UHGV virus genome: UHGV-0317196
Strand: one strand, 5' to 3'
Source of the DNA: a virus
Length of the DNA: 36,645 nucleotides
Below, one piece after another: positions 17,782-27,140 of the stretch. The first letter of the stretch is position 1; each line of letters opens with the position of its first letter. The position numbers and the translations under genes are program-made. Under the pieces are notes generated by a model. That model was given only the letters and a program-made list of their open reading frames with translations, was not told the DNA's origin and searched no databases.

Positions 17782-18332
17782 ACCTCTTCTATGAATCACT
17801 CCCGACATCGGTAATTGTAAATGGAAAGCCTGTGAGAATCAGAACCGATTTTCGAGAGTATATTTCTCTTTTGGACATGTTAAAAGATAAAGATGTCAAG
17901 TCTGTGGATAAGCTGTTGATTTTGAGTGAGTATTTCCTTGACGATATCGAAATATCGCAGCCTGCAATTGACGCATTATGCGACTTTATGAGTGCTGATT
18001 TTTCAGACGGAGAAGTCAGTCAAACTGGAACAGTGAGGCAAAAGAATCTTTTTTCTTTTTCCATCGATTATCCCTATATATTATCAGCATTTTTGCGCGA
18101 TTACGGAATCGACCTGATTGATATTAAATATCTGCACTGGTGGAAATTTCGAATGCTTTTTGATGGATTATCAGAGGACAATGAGATCAAGAAAAGAATT
18201 ATGTACAGAGGGATTGATCTGAGCGAAGTTAAAGATCCGGAAGAGAAAAAGAGAATCCAGAAAATTAAAAAACTGATCGAGTTAAAACAGGAAGAATTGA
18301 CTGATTTTGAAATCGGTGACGCTTTTATGTAG
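17778..18332 (+). CDS. tail assembly protein (gpT/Gp15-like), independently initiated
   Basis: Frame is -1 relative to the upstream chaperone gene, but it has its own ATG and AGGAGAGGGG, and no slippery heptamer is seen. Confidence 0.4.
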   Translation: MNLFYESLPTSVIVNGKPVRIRTDFREYISLLDMLKDKDVKSVDKLLILSEYFLDDIEISQPAIDALCDFMSADFSDGEVSQTGTVRQKNLFSFSIDYPYILSAFLRDYGIDLIDIKYLHWWKFRMLFDGLSEDNEIKKRIMYRGIDLSEVKDPEEKKRIQKIKKLIELKQEELTDFEIGDAFM

Positions 18333-18339
18333 GTGGATC

Positions 18340-18486
18340 ATGAAAAAAGAACCAATATTAGTCCGAGATTGGATTAGATGCCCTGTGTGCGGCTGCAAAC
18401 TTGCTATTGCAGACAATACAGCCAAAAGCCACGGTATCTACGTAAAATGTCGGACTTGTAAGAAAGAAATAGAAATTAAGAAATAA
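18340..18486 (+). CDS. 48-aa zinc-ribbon protein (CPVCGC...CRTC)
   Basis: Hand-translated MKKEPILVRDWIRCPVCGCKLAIADNTAKSHGIYVKCRTCKKEIEIKK. SD GGTGG only 3 nt from the ATG (short spacing). Confidence 0.3.
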   Translation: MKKEPILVRDWIRCPVCGCKLAIADNTAKSHGIYVKCRTCKKEIEIKK

Positions 18487-18538
18487 AGCACTTAAGTGAG
18501 CCTATGAGCCTGTGCTATCCAAGAATAGGAGGGATAGT

Positions 18539-20395
18539 ATGGGTTATGATGGCTCATTAAAATTTGACACGGAAATAAATGAATCTGGATTTAATTCCGG
18601 AATTTCCAAACTTGGTGGAATAGCCAAGAAAGGTGCAGGAGTGGCAGTTGCTGCGGTTGGTGCTGTGACGGCTGCGCTTGGAGCTGGTGTTGTAGCCGGA
18701 GTAAAATACAATGCATCCATAGAGTCTTACCAGACATCATTTGAGGTTATGACTGGATCCGCGGAAAAAGCAGCGGAAGTAATCGACAAATTGAAGAAAG
18801 TAGGAGCGGAAACGCCGTTTGAACTTCAGGATTTAGCAGATACTACACAGCTGTTGATGAATTATGGTTTTAGTGCAGACGAAGCCATGGACAAAATGAT
18901 GATGCTTGGTGATATCTCGCAAGGCTCAGCTGATAAGATGTCCAGAATTGCCACTGCTTACGGACAGATGTCATCCGCCGGAAAAGTGTCTCTGGAAGAT
19001 GTCAAGCAGATGATTGAAGCTGGATTTAACCCATTGCAGGAGATTTCTGAGAGTACAGGGGAGTCAATGGCATCCTTGTATGACAGGATCAGCAAAGGGA
19101 CAATCTCTGTGGATGAGATTACCGCCTCCATGCAGAGAGCAACATCTGAGGGTGGAAAGTATTTCCAGAGCATGGAAAAGCAGAGTCAGACGTTTAGCGG
19201 TCTGATCTCCACATTAAAGGACAACGCACAACAGCTTTTAGGTGAAATTGTTAAGCCTATATCTGATGGACTGACGGAATCGTTATTACCAGCGGCGATC
19301 AGTGCGATTGAGCAGCTTACGCAAGGATTTGAGGAAAATGGCGTTTCCGGTATGATTCAGGCTGCCGGAAACATTGTAAATGGATTGTTTACCGGAATAA
19401 TGGAAAATGCTCCATTGCTTATTTCTACCGGAATGGAGCTTCTGAACCAGTTTTGGCTTGGAATTGCAACAGGGCTTCCAGAATTGATTATGAAAGGGTT
19501 TGAGATTGTAACGCAGTTAGCTCTTGGAATCATGCAGAATTTGCCGCAGTTGGTTACCCAGGGTTCCGCAGCTATTACAAATTATGTAAGTGGACTCTTA
19601 TCAGCGCTTCCATCCGTGTTACAATCCGGTGTCCAGATGATTTTACGCCTTGTGGATGGAATCATAAACAATCTGCCGGCTATCGTAGCAGCTGCAGCTC
19701 AGGCGATAGCACGTTTTGTAGCAAGCATCGCAAGTAATCTTCCGCAGATTTTATCCACTGGTATTAAAATTATCGGAGAGTTAGCTTCTGGTTTGATTAG
19801 AGCAATACCAAACTTGGTTGGGAAAATACCGCAGATCATCTCTGCGATAAAAGACGCTTTTTTGAGTGTAGATTGGATCAGCGTTGGAGTTAACATCATA
19901 AAGGGAATTGCATCCGGTGTCGCTTCTGCAGCCGGACAGCTAGTAGATGCCGCTGTGAGCGCTGCTACAGATGCCTTGAATTGGGTTAAAAGCAAACTTG
20001 GGATCCATTCCCCATCCCGTGTATTTAGGGATCAGGTCGGGAAAAACATGGCTCTCGGTATAGGGGTTGGATTCGAGGATAATATCCCATACAAAGACAT
20101 GGAAAAACAGGCAAACAAGATGGTGTCCCGGATACAGGGAGCTGCTCTTGGTGTTACAACGTCTGCAAGCCCGACAGCAAGTGGATATGTCGCTTCCAGA
20201 TCAGCGGTCAGAACGACAGATAATAGTGAGCTGATCTACGCGGTGGATCGATTATCCAGACTCGCAAACCGGCCGCTTGAAATTATCAATAAAATAGATT
20301 CCGTAGAGACATCCAGAGTACTTGCAACGCCAATGGAAAAACAAATAGAAAAGAATTCGAGTTTTCGGAAGATGTTAGGAGGGGATAGAGATTGA
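18539..20395 (+). CDS. tail tape measure protein
   Basis: Internal start MGYDGSLKF after the AGGAGGG SD. Gly/Ala-rich hydrophobic N-terminal segment, long helical repeats, about 620 aa, directly after the chaperone pair. Confidence 0.7.
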   Translation: MGYDGSLKFDTEINESGFNSGISKLGGIAKKGAGVAVAAVGAVTAALGAGVVAGVKYNASIESYQTSFEVMTGSAEKAAEVIDKLKKVGAETPFELQDLADTTQLLMNYGFSADEAMDKMMMLGDISQGSADKMSRIATAYGQMSSAGKVSLEDVKQMIEAGFNPLQEISESTGESMASLYDRISKGTISVDEITASMQRATSEGGKYFQSMEKQSQTFSGLISTLKDNAQQLLGEIVKPISDGLTESLLPAAISAIEQLTQGFEENGVSGMIQAAGNIVNGLFTGIMENAPLLISTGMELLNQFWLGIATGLPELIMKGFEIVTQLALGIMQNLPQLVTQGSAAITNYVSGLLSALPSVLQSGVQMILRLVDGIINNLPAIVAAAAQAIARFVASIASNLPQILSTGIKIIGELASGLIRAIPNLVGKIPQIISAIKDAFLSVDWISVGVNIIKGIASGVASAAGQLVDAAVSAATDALNWVKSKLGIHSPSRVFRDQVGKNMALGIGVGFEDNIPYKDMEKQANKMVSRIQGAALGVTTSASPTASGYVASRSAVRTTDNSELIYAVDRLSRLANRPLEIINKIDSVETSRVLATPMEKQIEKNSSFRKMLGGDRD

Positions 20396-21861
20396 GTTTA
20401 TCTGTAAAATTCAACGATCAGGAACTCGGGCGATACTTGAGTGTATTGTCCGGGTTTTCTCCGTTTAGCGGAGTAAATAGAGAGACAGAACTTCTTGACG
20501 GAGCAGAAAGTGCAAAAGGAGAGGATTTTGGCTATATAACATATAAATCAAAGACACTTGAAATGCCATTTGAAATTAAAGGCGATATTTTAGAAAGTTA
20601 TGATGCGATTCAGAAGATCCTAAACGTCACAGAGCCGAAAAGGCTTGTGTTTGGGAATTATCCGGATCGCTATTTTTATGCTGTCCCTGACGGTAATTTT
20701 GATATAACACAGGTTGCAATGTTTGGGAAAGGCACGATCACATGGCTCATCCCAGACGGGGTAGCATACTCCACTACAGAATTTGCATTTGACGGAGTGC
20801 AAGAAGATGGATACCAGACAATTACCATCCAAAACAACGGTACCGAGTGGACGGATGTGGACTATGAGATTACCCACAAGCACGAGAACGGCTTTATTGG
20901 ATTGGTCAGCCAGTATGGAGTAATTCAGCTTGGGAAACAAGAAGAAGCGGACGGAGAGAACTACGAAGCGTCCGAAGAACTGTTTAACGGTTACAGTCTG
21001 TTTCAAGACGATCACGGTACCTCTTATCAGAACCCAGAAAACACCGCACAGGGAACGCTCGAAGTCAAGAATGTTGCCGGATATAACGTCATGGCATTAA
21101 AAGGTGGACAGGCAACATCCGGATTCTGGAACGGTGGAATGAAAACACTTACTATCCCGGTGGACAGCGAGGGCAGACGTGGGGCGAAGAACTTTTACTG
21201 TTACACCCAGCACTGGTTCGAGACTGGATTGATGGGACAGACGGGAGCGCAGACTATTGCGTTTCTTACAGGGAAAAATGAAGTGATCTGCTCCATGTCT
21301 ATTAACAAGAGTGATGCCACAGGTAATACGGCGCGTATCGAGTGGTTTGCCCCAGGGAACACCTTGCTCAGACGGGAAGAGTTCCAGCCGACAGCCTACG
21401 AGGGCAATCCGTTTAACCTAAAAATGGGATGCCACAACGACTTTTTAAAAGAGGGAGAAAAGCTGCGGATTTTCTGGTATGGAAGTTATATGGAGCGAAA
21501 CATACCAGAGATTAAGGATATGGAATGCGAAAAAATCCAGATCTGGATCGGGCAGTGGGGAGACAGAAACCTCACAAACCAGTACGTTACACACAACTAT
21601 TTAAAAAGCATCCGATTCCGGAAAGACAATGTCGATAAGTATAAGGATGTGCCGAACCGGTATCGTGCCGGAGATGTGGTGTCTATAGACGGAGAGAGTA
21701 CAAAGGTCTATGTAAACGGGATGCCGGCAAAAGGAGATGAGATTAATGGATCCAATTATCCAAAAGTTCCACCGGGGACAACGGAAGTGCAGTTCTGCCA
21801 CTCTTCCTTTTCCTCTCCGCCGCCACAGATTAAAGCCAAAATAAGGGAGGTATACTTGTAA
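20392..21861 (+). CDS. distal tail protein (Dit) with C-terminal extension
   Basis: TTG start after AGGAGGGGA. Position after the tape measure gene. 489 aa (longer than minimal Dit proteins, suggesting an added carbohydrate-binding-type domain). Confidence 0.55.
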   Translation: MSLSVKFNDQELGRYLSVLSGFSPFSGVNRETELLDGAESAKGEDFGYITYKSKTLEMPFEIKGDILESYDAIQKILNVTEPKRLVFGNYPDRYFYAVPDGNFDITQVAMFGKGTITWLIPDGVAYSTTEFAFDGVQEDGYQTITIQNNGTEWTDVDYEITHKHENGFIGLVSQYGVIQLGKQEEADGENYEASEELFNGYSLFQDDHGTSYQNPENTAQGTLEVKNVAGYNVMALKGGQATSGFWNGGMKTLTIPVDSEGRRGAKNFYCYTQHWFETGLMGQTGAQTIAFLTGKNEVICSMSINKSDATGNTARIEWFAPGNTLLRREEFQPTAYEGNPFNLKMGCHNDFLKEGEKLRIFWYGSYMERNIPEIKDMECEKIQIWIGQWGDRNLTNQYVTHNYLKSIRFRKDNVDKYKDVPNRYRAGDVVSIDGESTKVYVNGMPAKGDEINGSNYPKVPPGTTEVQFCHSSFSSPPPQIKAKIREVYL

Positions 21862-24362
21862 TGGACAGTATTAGAATTGCGATTTTAAGTGCAAACAACA
21901 CACCGGTAGCATTTATGGACAACGCACACAAAAAATCTATGCATTACTGGGATGATGAGCTACACGAATATTTACAGGGAGCAGCGAACACATACACCTT
22001 TACAGTTAATGCCAAACATCCAGACGCAGAACATGTTACAGTCGGAAACAAGGTGGCATTTACTTACAAAGGCAGATCATACTACTTAAATATTGTAAAT
22101 ACCGATCAGACGGAGAAGACAATTACTGCTACGGCATGGTCACTGTCGTTTGAGCTTATTAACGAGGATGCTGGCGAATACAAAGCTGGAAAAGCCATGA
22201 GCTTTGAAGAGTACCTTGCCGTTTTTGATGCTGAGAGAACGCTTAAATTGGGACTCAATGAGGTGTCGGACAAACGGATCACCAACGAATGGACCGGTAC
22301 AACAACCGTGTTAAAGAGATTATTCTCTCTGGCAAATGTCTTTTCTGCGGAGATCGAGTTTGAGACGGTCTTAAACAGCGATTACTCCTTAAAAGAGATT
22401 GTCCTGAATGTATACCGAGAACACAGCGATACGGACAGTGGAATTGGAGAATATCGCAGTGATGTTGTCCTGCGCTACGGAAAAGGAATTACCGGAATTC
22501 GGAAGACTACGGATGCAGAAAAGTTATACACCTGTATCCAGCCGACCGGAAAGGATGGGCTGACGATCAATGGTCTGGATAAAAAGGAATACGATGAGAA
22601 CGGCAATATCGAATACTTTACAGACGGCGCGCTCATCCGGGCACCGCAGGCAAGAGACCGATTCCCGTCCAATATCGTAAATAAGGCTGATGCTTATATC
22701 CTGATGCGTAAAGAGTACGATACAGACAGCAAGGACAAGCTGTACAGCATGGCATTATCTGACCTCAAGACCGCATCCGAGCCAGTAGTAACCTACGAGG
22801 TGGACGGATATTTTGACACCAACATCGGGGATACGGTAAGGATGCAGGATCAGGAGTGGACACCAGTCCTTTATCTACAGGCAAGAGTATCAGAACAGAT
22901 CAGGAGTCTTACCAATCCAAAAACTGCAAAGACGGTATTTACAAACTACAAAGAGCTTACATCCGAAATATCCGACGATCTCATCAAAAGGATGCAGGAC
23001 TTGATTTCAAAAAATAAAGTCTACACCTGTTCCATCTCTACAAACAACGGCATTATCTTTAAAAACGGCATCGGCAGCACTACACTGACTGCCTACGCTT
23101 ACAACAACGGTGTGGATGTGTCTGGAAATCTGGAAATCCGGTGGAGTAAAGATGGGACAGAGTTTTATGTAGGTAGGAGCGTGACAGTAAATGCAGAGGA
23201 TGTGGATACCAAGGCGGTGTACTCTTTCGTGGCAACTGAAAATGGAATCCGGCGTGGATATTATGAGGTAACAATCACCAAGGTGGACGATGGAGCACCG
23301 GGAGAACCTGGAAAAAACGGGGATGACGGAAAGGACGGTGTAGGAATCGAGAGTGTGACCAAGTATTATCTGGCATCCGAAAAAAGCACAGGAATCACGG
23401 TATCCTCTCCGGGATGGACGGACACGAAGCAAGACATGACCGAAACCAAGAAAAACCTATGGAGCTACGACCTTATCCGGTACACCAATAGCACGGAAAC
23501 CAAGACCACACCTGTGATTATCGGTGTACGTGGAGACAACGGAGAGACAGGGGATAGTGGAATTATCATATCTCCCGCACCCCCGGAAAATCCAAAAGTT
23601 GGACAGCTCTGGCAGACAGCAAGTGGAGAGCCGATTAAAAGATGGGATGGAAGTAAATGGGTGATCTATTACATTTCTGTAGAAAATCTGAATGTAGAGA
23701 CGCTAAGTGCGATTGCCGCAAACCTCGGAACTGTAACCGCTGGACTTATAAAGAGTCTGGACGGACACTTTTTTATCCAGGTGAATACCGGAGAGATCTA
23801 CTCCGAAGATGAAAACGGGATAAACAGCTCTGCGATAAGCAAGGGCGTATTTGTAGCGAATGGGATGGATAGCGGCAGACACACAAGCTTGTCTATATTC
23901 CCAACGCAGATTGCGCAGTATTTTGACGGAGCCACCATTTCAAACCTTGTTAATTTTAAACGGGACGGTATATACATCAAAAGCACCGGATCATACGAGG
24001 TAAATATATCTAAAGCAACAAATTATGACTCCGGAAAGATAAAAGGACCATTCGCCAGCACAAACCCATCCAACTATATACAGGCGGAGCTAAAAAGGAG
24101 AGGGTGCGTGGTTACATGTAAAATCACGGCACTTATACAATTTCCAAACACAGGATCGCACGGACCGCTTGACGAATTAAAGATCCCTGTAGGATATCGA
24201 CCAGTCGTAGACATAGTAGAGACGTACAGCGAATTGGTTGGTACGTCAGTTATCGGGACTGGCAGGTATTACATTACAAAAGACGGAGGAATATCCATTG
24301 TAACTGGCAAGACAGACTACTGTGAGCGCATAAAGACATTTACATGGATTACGGATGACTAA
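21861..24362 (+). CDS. tail-associated lysin / tail endopeptidase-family protein (Tal) with collagen-like Gly-X-Y stretches and a C-terminal receptor-binding region
   Basis: The N-terminal approximately 380 aa resemble the prophage-tail (Tal N-terminal) family. GAPGEPGKNGDDGKDGVG and GVRGDNGETGDSG triplet repeats. 833 aa. Confidence 0.65.
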   Translation: MDSIRIAILSANNTPVAFMDNAHKKSMHYWDDELHEYLQGAANTYTFTVNAKHPDAEHVTVGNKVAFTYKGRSYYLNIVNTDQTEKTITATAWSLSFELINEDAGEYKAGKAMSFEEYLAVFDAERTLKLGLNEVSDKRITNEWTGTTTVLKRLFSLANVFSAEIEFETVLNSDYSLKEIVLNVYREHSDTDSGIGEYRSDVVLRYGKGITGIRKTTDAEKLYTCIQPTGKDGLTINGLDKKEYDENGNIEYFTDGALIRAPQARDRFPSNIVNKADAYILMRKEYDTDSKDKLYSMALSDLKTASEPVVTYEVDGYFDTNIGDTVRMQDQEWTPVLYLQARVSEQIRSLTNPKTAKTVFTNYKELTSEISDDLIKRMQDLISKNKVYTCSISTNNGIIFKNGIGSTTLTAYAYNNGVDVSGNLEIRWSKDGTEFYVGRSVTVNAEDVDTKAVYSFVATENGIRRGYYEVTITKVDDGAPGEPGKNGDDGKDGVGIESVTKYYLASEKSTGITVSSPGWTDTKQDMTETKKNLWSYDLIRYTNSTETKTTPVIIGVRGDNGETGDSGIIISPAPPENPKVGQLWQTASGEPIKRWDGSKWVIYYISVENLNVETLSAIAANLGTVTAGLIKSLDGHFFIQVNTGEIYSEDENGINSSAISKGVFVANGMDSGRHTSLSIFPTQIAQYFDGATISNLVNFKRDGIYIKSTGSYEVNISKATNYDSGKIKGPFASTNPSNYIQAELKRRGCVVTCKITALIQFPNTGSHGPLDELKIPVGYRPVVDIVETYSELVGTSVIGTGRYYITKDGGISIVTGKTDYCERIKTFTWITDD

Positions 24363-24386
24363 AGGAGCGAATATGGAGATCAGGGC

Positions 24387-24410
24387 AAGACCGTGTTGGT
24401 CTTATTTTTA
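24387..24410 (+). terminator. rho-independent terminator after the structural operon
   Basis: Stem AAGACC/GGTCTT, loop GTGTT, followed by ATTTTTAT. Confidence 0.55.
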
Positions 24411-24434
24411 TACTTTAAAAACCGGAGGGAAAAC

Positions 24435-24716
24435 ATGACAGAAAATGAAGTAGAAGTGAAACTTGCAGAGCACGGAAAAGAAATCGGCTCATTAAAGCAT
24501 CGAATGAAAGAAGCAGAGGGCGTTGTGAGCGTGGTACATCAACTGGCACAAGAAATGGTAGGGCTAACCAAAGAGGTCGGCTTCATGAACCAGACGTTGG
24601 TACAACTCACCGCAAAGGTGACGCATCTTGAGCAGACACCAGCTAAGAGATGGGATGGGGTTGTTACCGCTCTCATTGGAGCTATTATCGGTGCAGTAGC
24701 AGCAATGCTTTTTTAA
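24435..24716 (+). CDS. xhlA: XhlA-like (haemolysin XhlA family) lysis-associated membrane protein
   Basis: Start MTENEVEV after the GGAGGG SD. Coiled-coil N-terminus plus a C-terminal TM helix (VVTALIGAIIGAVAAMLF). PBSX-type lysis cassette context. Confidence 0.55.
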   Translation: MTENEVEVKLAEHGKEIGSLKHRMKEAEGVVSVVHQLAQEMVGLTKEVGFMNQTLVQLTAKVTHLEQTPAKRWDGVVTALIGAIIGAVAAMLF

Positions 24717-24729
24717 AGGAGGTAGAACC

Positions 24730-24978
24730 ATAAAAAAAATCAATTGGATTGTAAGAATCAAAAACAAGGCATTCTGGGTGGCGCTGATCCCGGCAATCTT
24801 ACTGTTGATACAGGCAATTGCGGCAGTGTTTGGTCTTACCATCGACCTTGGAGACCTTGGAGATAAGTTATTGACTGTAATCAATGCACTCTTTGCAGTG
24901 CTGGCAATCCTTGGTGTAGTGGTAGACCCAACGACACCGGGCACAGGAGATTCAGAGAGGGCGCTTACATATAAGTAG
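24730..24978 (+). CDS. holin (phi LC3 / LL-H-type: IKKINWIVRIKNKAFW... DPTTPG) with non-canonical initiation
   Basis: Conserved holin N-terminus is encoded in frame from 24730, but that codon is ATA, 7 nt after a perfect AGGAGG. The first canonical start in frame is GTG at 24778, which would remove the conserved N-terminus. No ATG/GTG/TTG between the in-frame TAG (24697-99) and 24778. Confidence 0.55.
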   Translation: MKKINWIVRIKNKAFWVALIPAILLLIQAIAAVFGLTIDLGDLGDKLLTVINALFAVLAILGVVVDPTTPGTGDSERALTYK

Positions 24979-25043
24979 ATTCGGGGGAGCTTGGAAACAG
25001 GCTCTCTTTTATTGTGCGACATCGCACGGTAGGAGGTGAGAAC

Positions 25044-25133
25044 ATGAGCGAACGGAACGAATTTGGCAGAGTATCCGTAGAGGAACTGGAAAAGGCATTT
25101 GAGACAGAAGATCAGGAGGAAGAGAAAGAATGA
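25044..25133 (+). CDS. 29-aa acidic peptide (MSERNEFGRVSVEELEKAFETEDQEEEKE) overlapping the endolysin start (ATGA)
   Basis: Strong SD GGTAGGAGGTGAG. Below the ORF-track cutoff. Confidence 0.3.
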   Translation: MSERNEFGRVSVEELEKAFETEDQEEEKE

Positions 25134-25933
25134 AAATTGGCTTAAGGGGAGGACACTCCCCAAATTGTAAAGGTGCAATCGGTCTGATCGATGAGCAGGC
25201 AGAAGTGCGGAAGATCTACAATGAGCTTGCACCAATGTTGCAGGCTGTCGGTCATACTGTGGTTGATTGTAATTCCAATGCATCCAATGTGTCCAGCGAG
25301 TTATCTGACGGCACAAATAAGGCGAATAGTGCGGGGTGCGATATCTATGTCACCTTGCACATGAATGCGGCAGGAGCGGAATCAGCTGGCGGTACAGAGG
25401 TGTGGTTATACGATGCATCTAACCAGACAATGAACACGATCGCAAGCAATATCTGCCAGAATTTCGCAAATAAAGGATTTGCTAACCGTGGTGTAAAGTA
25501 CAGTTCGGGATACCATGATCTGAATGCATCTAATATGCCTGGCATGATCGTGGAGACATTATTCTGCACTGGCACAGATGATGTGGCCAGGTACCGGAGC
25601 TTAGGAGTAAAAGGAGTTGCAGAACTGATCGCAAAGGCGATCGACAGCAAAGCATCAACAGGAAGTGGACAGGGAAATAATCAGAATACAGGAGATCAGG
25701 AAGGAGAAGAGACTATGCAGTGTATGTTTACGGTAGAGGGAAAAGGATGTGTTTATTGGTATCATGACGATAAGATTACGGCTTTGGGACATCCGGACGA
25801 AATGAAGATTCTGATGGATATTTACAAAGCGAACAATGGAAGAGATATGCCGTCTTACCACTGGACAAAAAAAGCGCCGTGGCACGCAAGATTACTTGCG
25901 GTGCTGAACAGAAAACCATCTACATCTATCTAA
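25130..25933 (+). CDS. endolysin: N-acetylmuramoyl-L-alanine amidase (Amidase_3, CD27L-like catalytic domain) plus an unrecognised C-terminal (wall-binding?) domain
   Basis: N-terminus MKIGLRGGHS...YVTLHMNA...VETLFCT matches zinc amidase_3 endolysins of clostridial phages. C-terminal approximately 80 aa not recognised. Confidence 0.8.
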   Translation: MKIGLRGGHSPNCKGAIGLIDEQAEVRKIYNELAPMLQAVGHTVVDCNSNASNVSSELSDGTNKANSAGCDIYVTLHMNAAGAESAGGTEVWLYDASNQTMNTIASNICQNFANKGFANRGVKYSSGYHDLNASNMPGMIVETLFCTGTDDVARYRSLGVKGVAELIAKAIDSKASTGSGQGNNQNTGDQEGEETMQCMFTVEGKGCVYWYHDDKITALGHPDEMKILMDIYKANNGRDMPSYHWTKKAPWHARLLAVLNRKPSTSI

Positions 25934-25939
25934 TAAAAT

Positions 25940-25966
25940 CCCCTCGGAGATTAGCTCTCTGAGGGG
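25940..25966. terminator. bidirectional hairpin terminator between the convergent endolysin gene (+) and the moron cassette (-)
   Basis: Stem CCCCTCGGAG/CTCTGAGGGG (one G-U pair), loop ATTAGCT. A T-run lies on the minus-strand side. The stop codon of the minus gene lies in the loop. Confidence 0.6.
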
Positions 25967-26223
25967 GTATCATCTTCCCAATTCAAATACCGTTCAATGG
26001 TTTCCGTTATTCTATTGATAAATTCTTTCTTGTCTGGGTCGCTTGCATTTACAGACTGCAGGTATCCGAGAATCTCAGTAAGATACTCTGTGCTTTGCAC
26101 TTCTTTTTCTGGCGTGTCATTCGATTCGTAAGATACTAGGCTCCCTACGAGGAATGCTGCCTTGAACTTATAATCATCCGACTCTAACGCGTCTTTAAAT
26201 AAATCAATAATGCTTCTTTTCAT
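25951..26223 (-). CDS. hypothetical acidic 90-aa protein (moron cassette gene A, last gene)
   Basis: Strong SD GGAGGAG 5 nt upstream of the start. No motif recognised. Confidence 0.45.
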   Translation of the reverse strand: MKRSIIDLFKDALESDDYKFKAAFLVGSLVSYESNDTPEKEVQSTEYLTEILGYLQSVNASDPDKKEFINRITETIERYLNWEDDTPSES

Positions 26224-26851
26224 TTCTACTCCTCCGTAGCTGTTCTATCCATTCTTCAAACGTTCCATTTTTTATAGCTTCATCCGCTTCTTTTCGGACA
26301 TCTTTCGCTATCTCAATGTTACTATCAGATATCAAATAATATGTTTTATTTTTGTATCCAATGGTAGCCCTGTATTTGCCTTTGATTAGTGATATCCCAT
26401 TAAATCCAGTTGTATTGTTTTTTGATACAGTCCCTTTGTAAAATATGAGAGATGTATGATCATTTAGGTTTCTCCCTCTTTCCAGTTGTCCGGCTTTCTC
26501 TCCATTACGCTTTAAGCATCCACAGCTTACGGTTTTACCTCTTTTTAGACTATCACCGCGTACAGAAACTTTATTTCCGCACTCGCATTGGCAGAGAAAT
26601 GTTCGATGTGATCCGCATGATTCAGATTTTAGCACAGTTAGCCTTCCGAATTTTTGACCGATTAGATTATATCTTTCTTTTCTCAGGCAGCCACAGCTCT
26701 TGATCCGCCCCTGATTTAAATCTCGTGTTGATGCACATATAGTGCCGCCGCAATCACATTTGCATTTCCAAACGATAGAGCCATTTTTTATTTTTTCCGT
26801 TTTCTCAATCACGGTAAGTTTCCCAAACTTTCTTCCGGTTAAATCATCCAT
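26204..26851 (-). CDS. DNA-binding protein with two tandem Cys4 zinc-ribbon repeats (KFGxLTV...WxCxCxCG...SCGC) and a C-terminal AP2-like domain (moron cassette gene B)
   Basis: Internal approximately 50-aa repeat seen twice. The C-terminal block GFNGISLIKGKYRATIGYKNKTYYL...EADEAIKNGTFEEW resembles the AP2/ERF-type domains found in phage HNH-AP2 proteins. Confidence 0.5.
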   Translation of the reverse strand: MDDLTGRKFGKLTVIEKTEKIKNGSIVWKCKCDCGGTICASTRDLNQGRIKSCGCLRKERYNLIGQKFGRLTVLKSESCGSHRTFLCQCECGNKVSVRGDSLKRGKTVSCGCLKRNGEKAGQLERGRNLNDHTSLIFYKGTVSKNNTTGFNGISLIKGKYRATIGYKNKTYYLISDSNIEIAKDVRKEADEAIKNGTFEEWIEQLRRSRNEKKHY

Positions 26852-27130
26852 TTACAATAATTCCCTCACATCGCATTCCAGCGCATCTGCTAGAGCAATT
26901 GCGTTCCTAAGCATCATTTTTCCAGTATCGTACTCTCCAGACTCATATTTCTGTATTTGCCGGATGTTGATTCCGGTCTTCTCTGAAAGTTCTTTCTGTG
27001 TCATTCCAGACAATGTCCTATTGTACATGACGCCATTTATTCTGTTGTTGTGACAATCCAAGCCCCTGCTTGTTAATGCGCATATTCCGCACATACCATC
27101 AGTTCTCATGCAATCACTATATCTTCTCAT
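26852..27130 (-). CDS. XRE-family HTH regulator with N-terminal Cys cluster (moron cassette gene C)
   Basis: Start at the internal Met (MRRYSD) with AGGAG 7 nt upstream. HTH MTQKELSEKTGINIRQIQKYESGE. CxxxxxCxxC...C upstream of the HTH. The stop abuts the ATG of gene B (TAAATG). Confidence 0.55.
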   Translation of the reverse strand: MRRYSDCMRTDGMCGICALTSRGLDCHNNRINGVMYNRTLSGMTQKELSEKTGINIRQIQKYESGEYDTGKMMLRNAIALADALECDVRELL

Positions 27131-27140
27131 ACTATTACTC

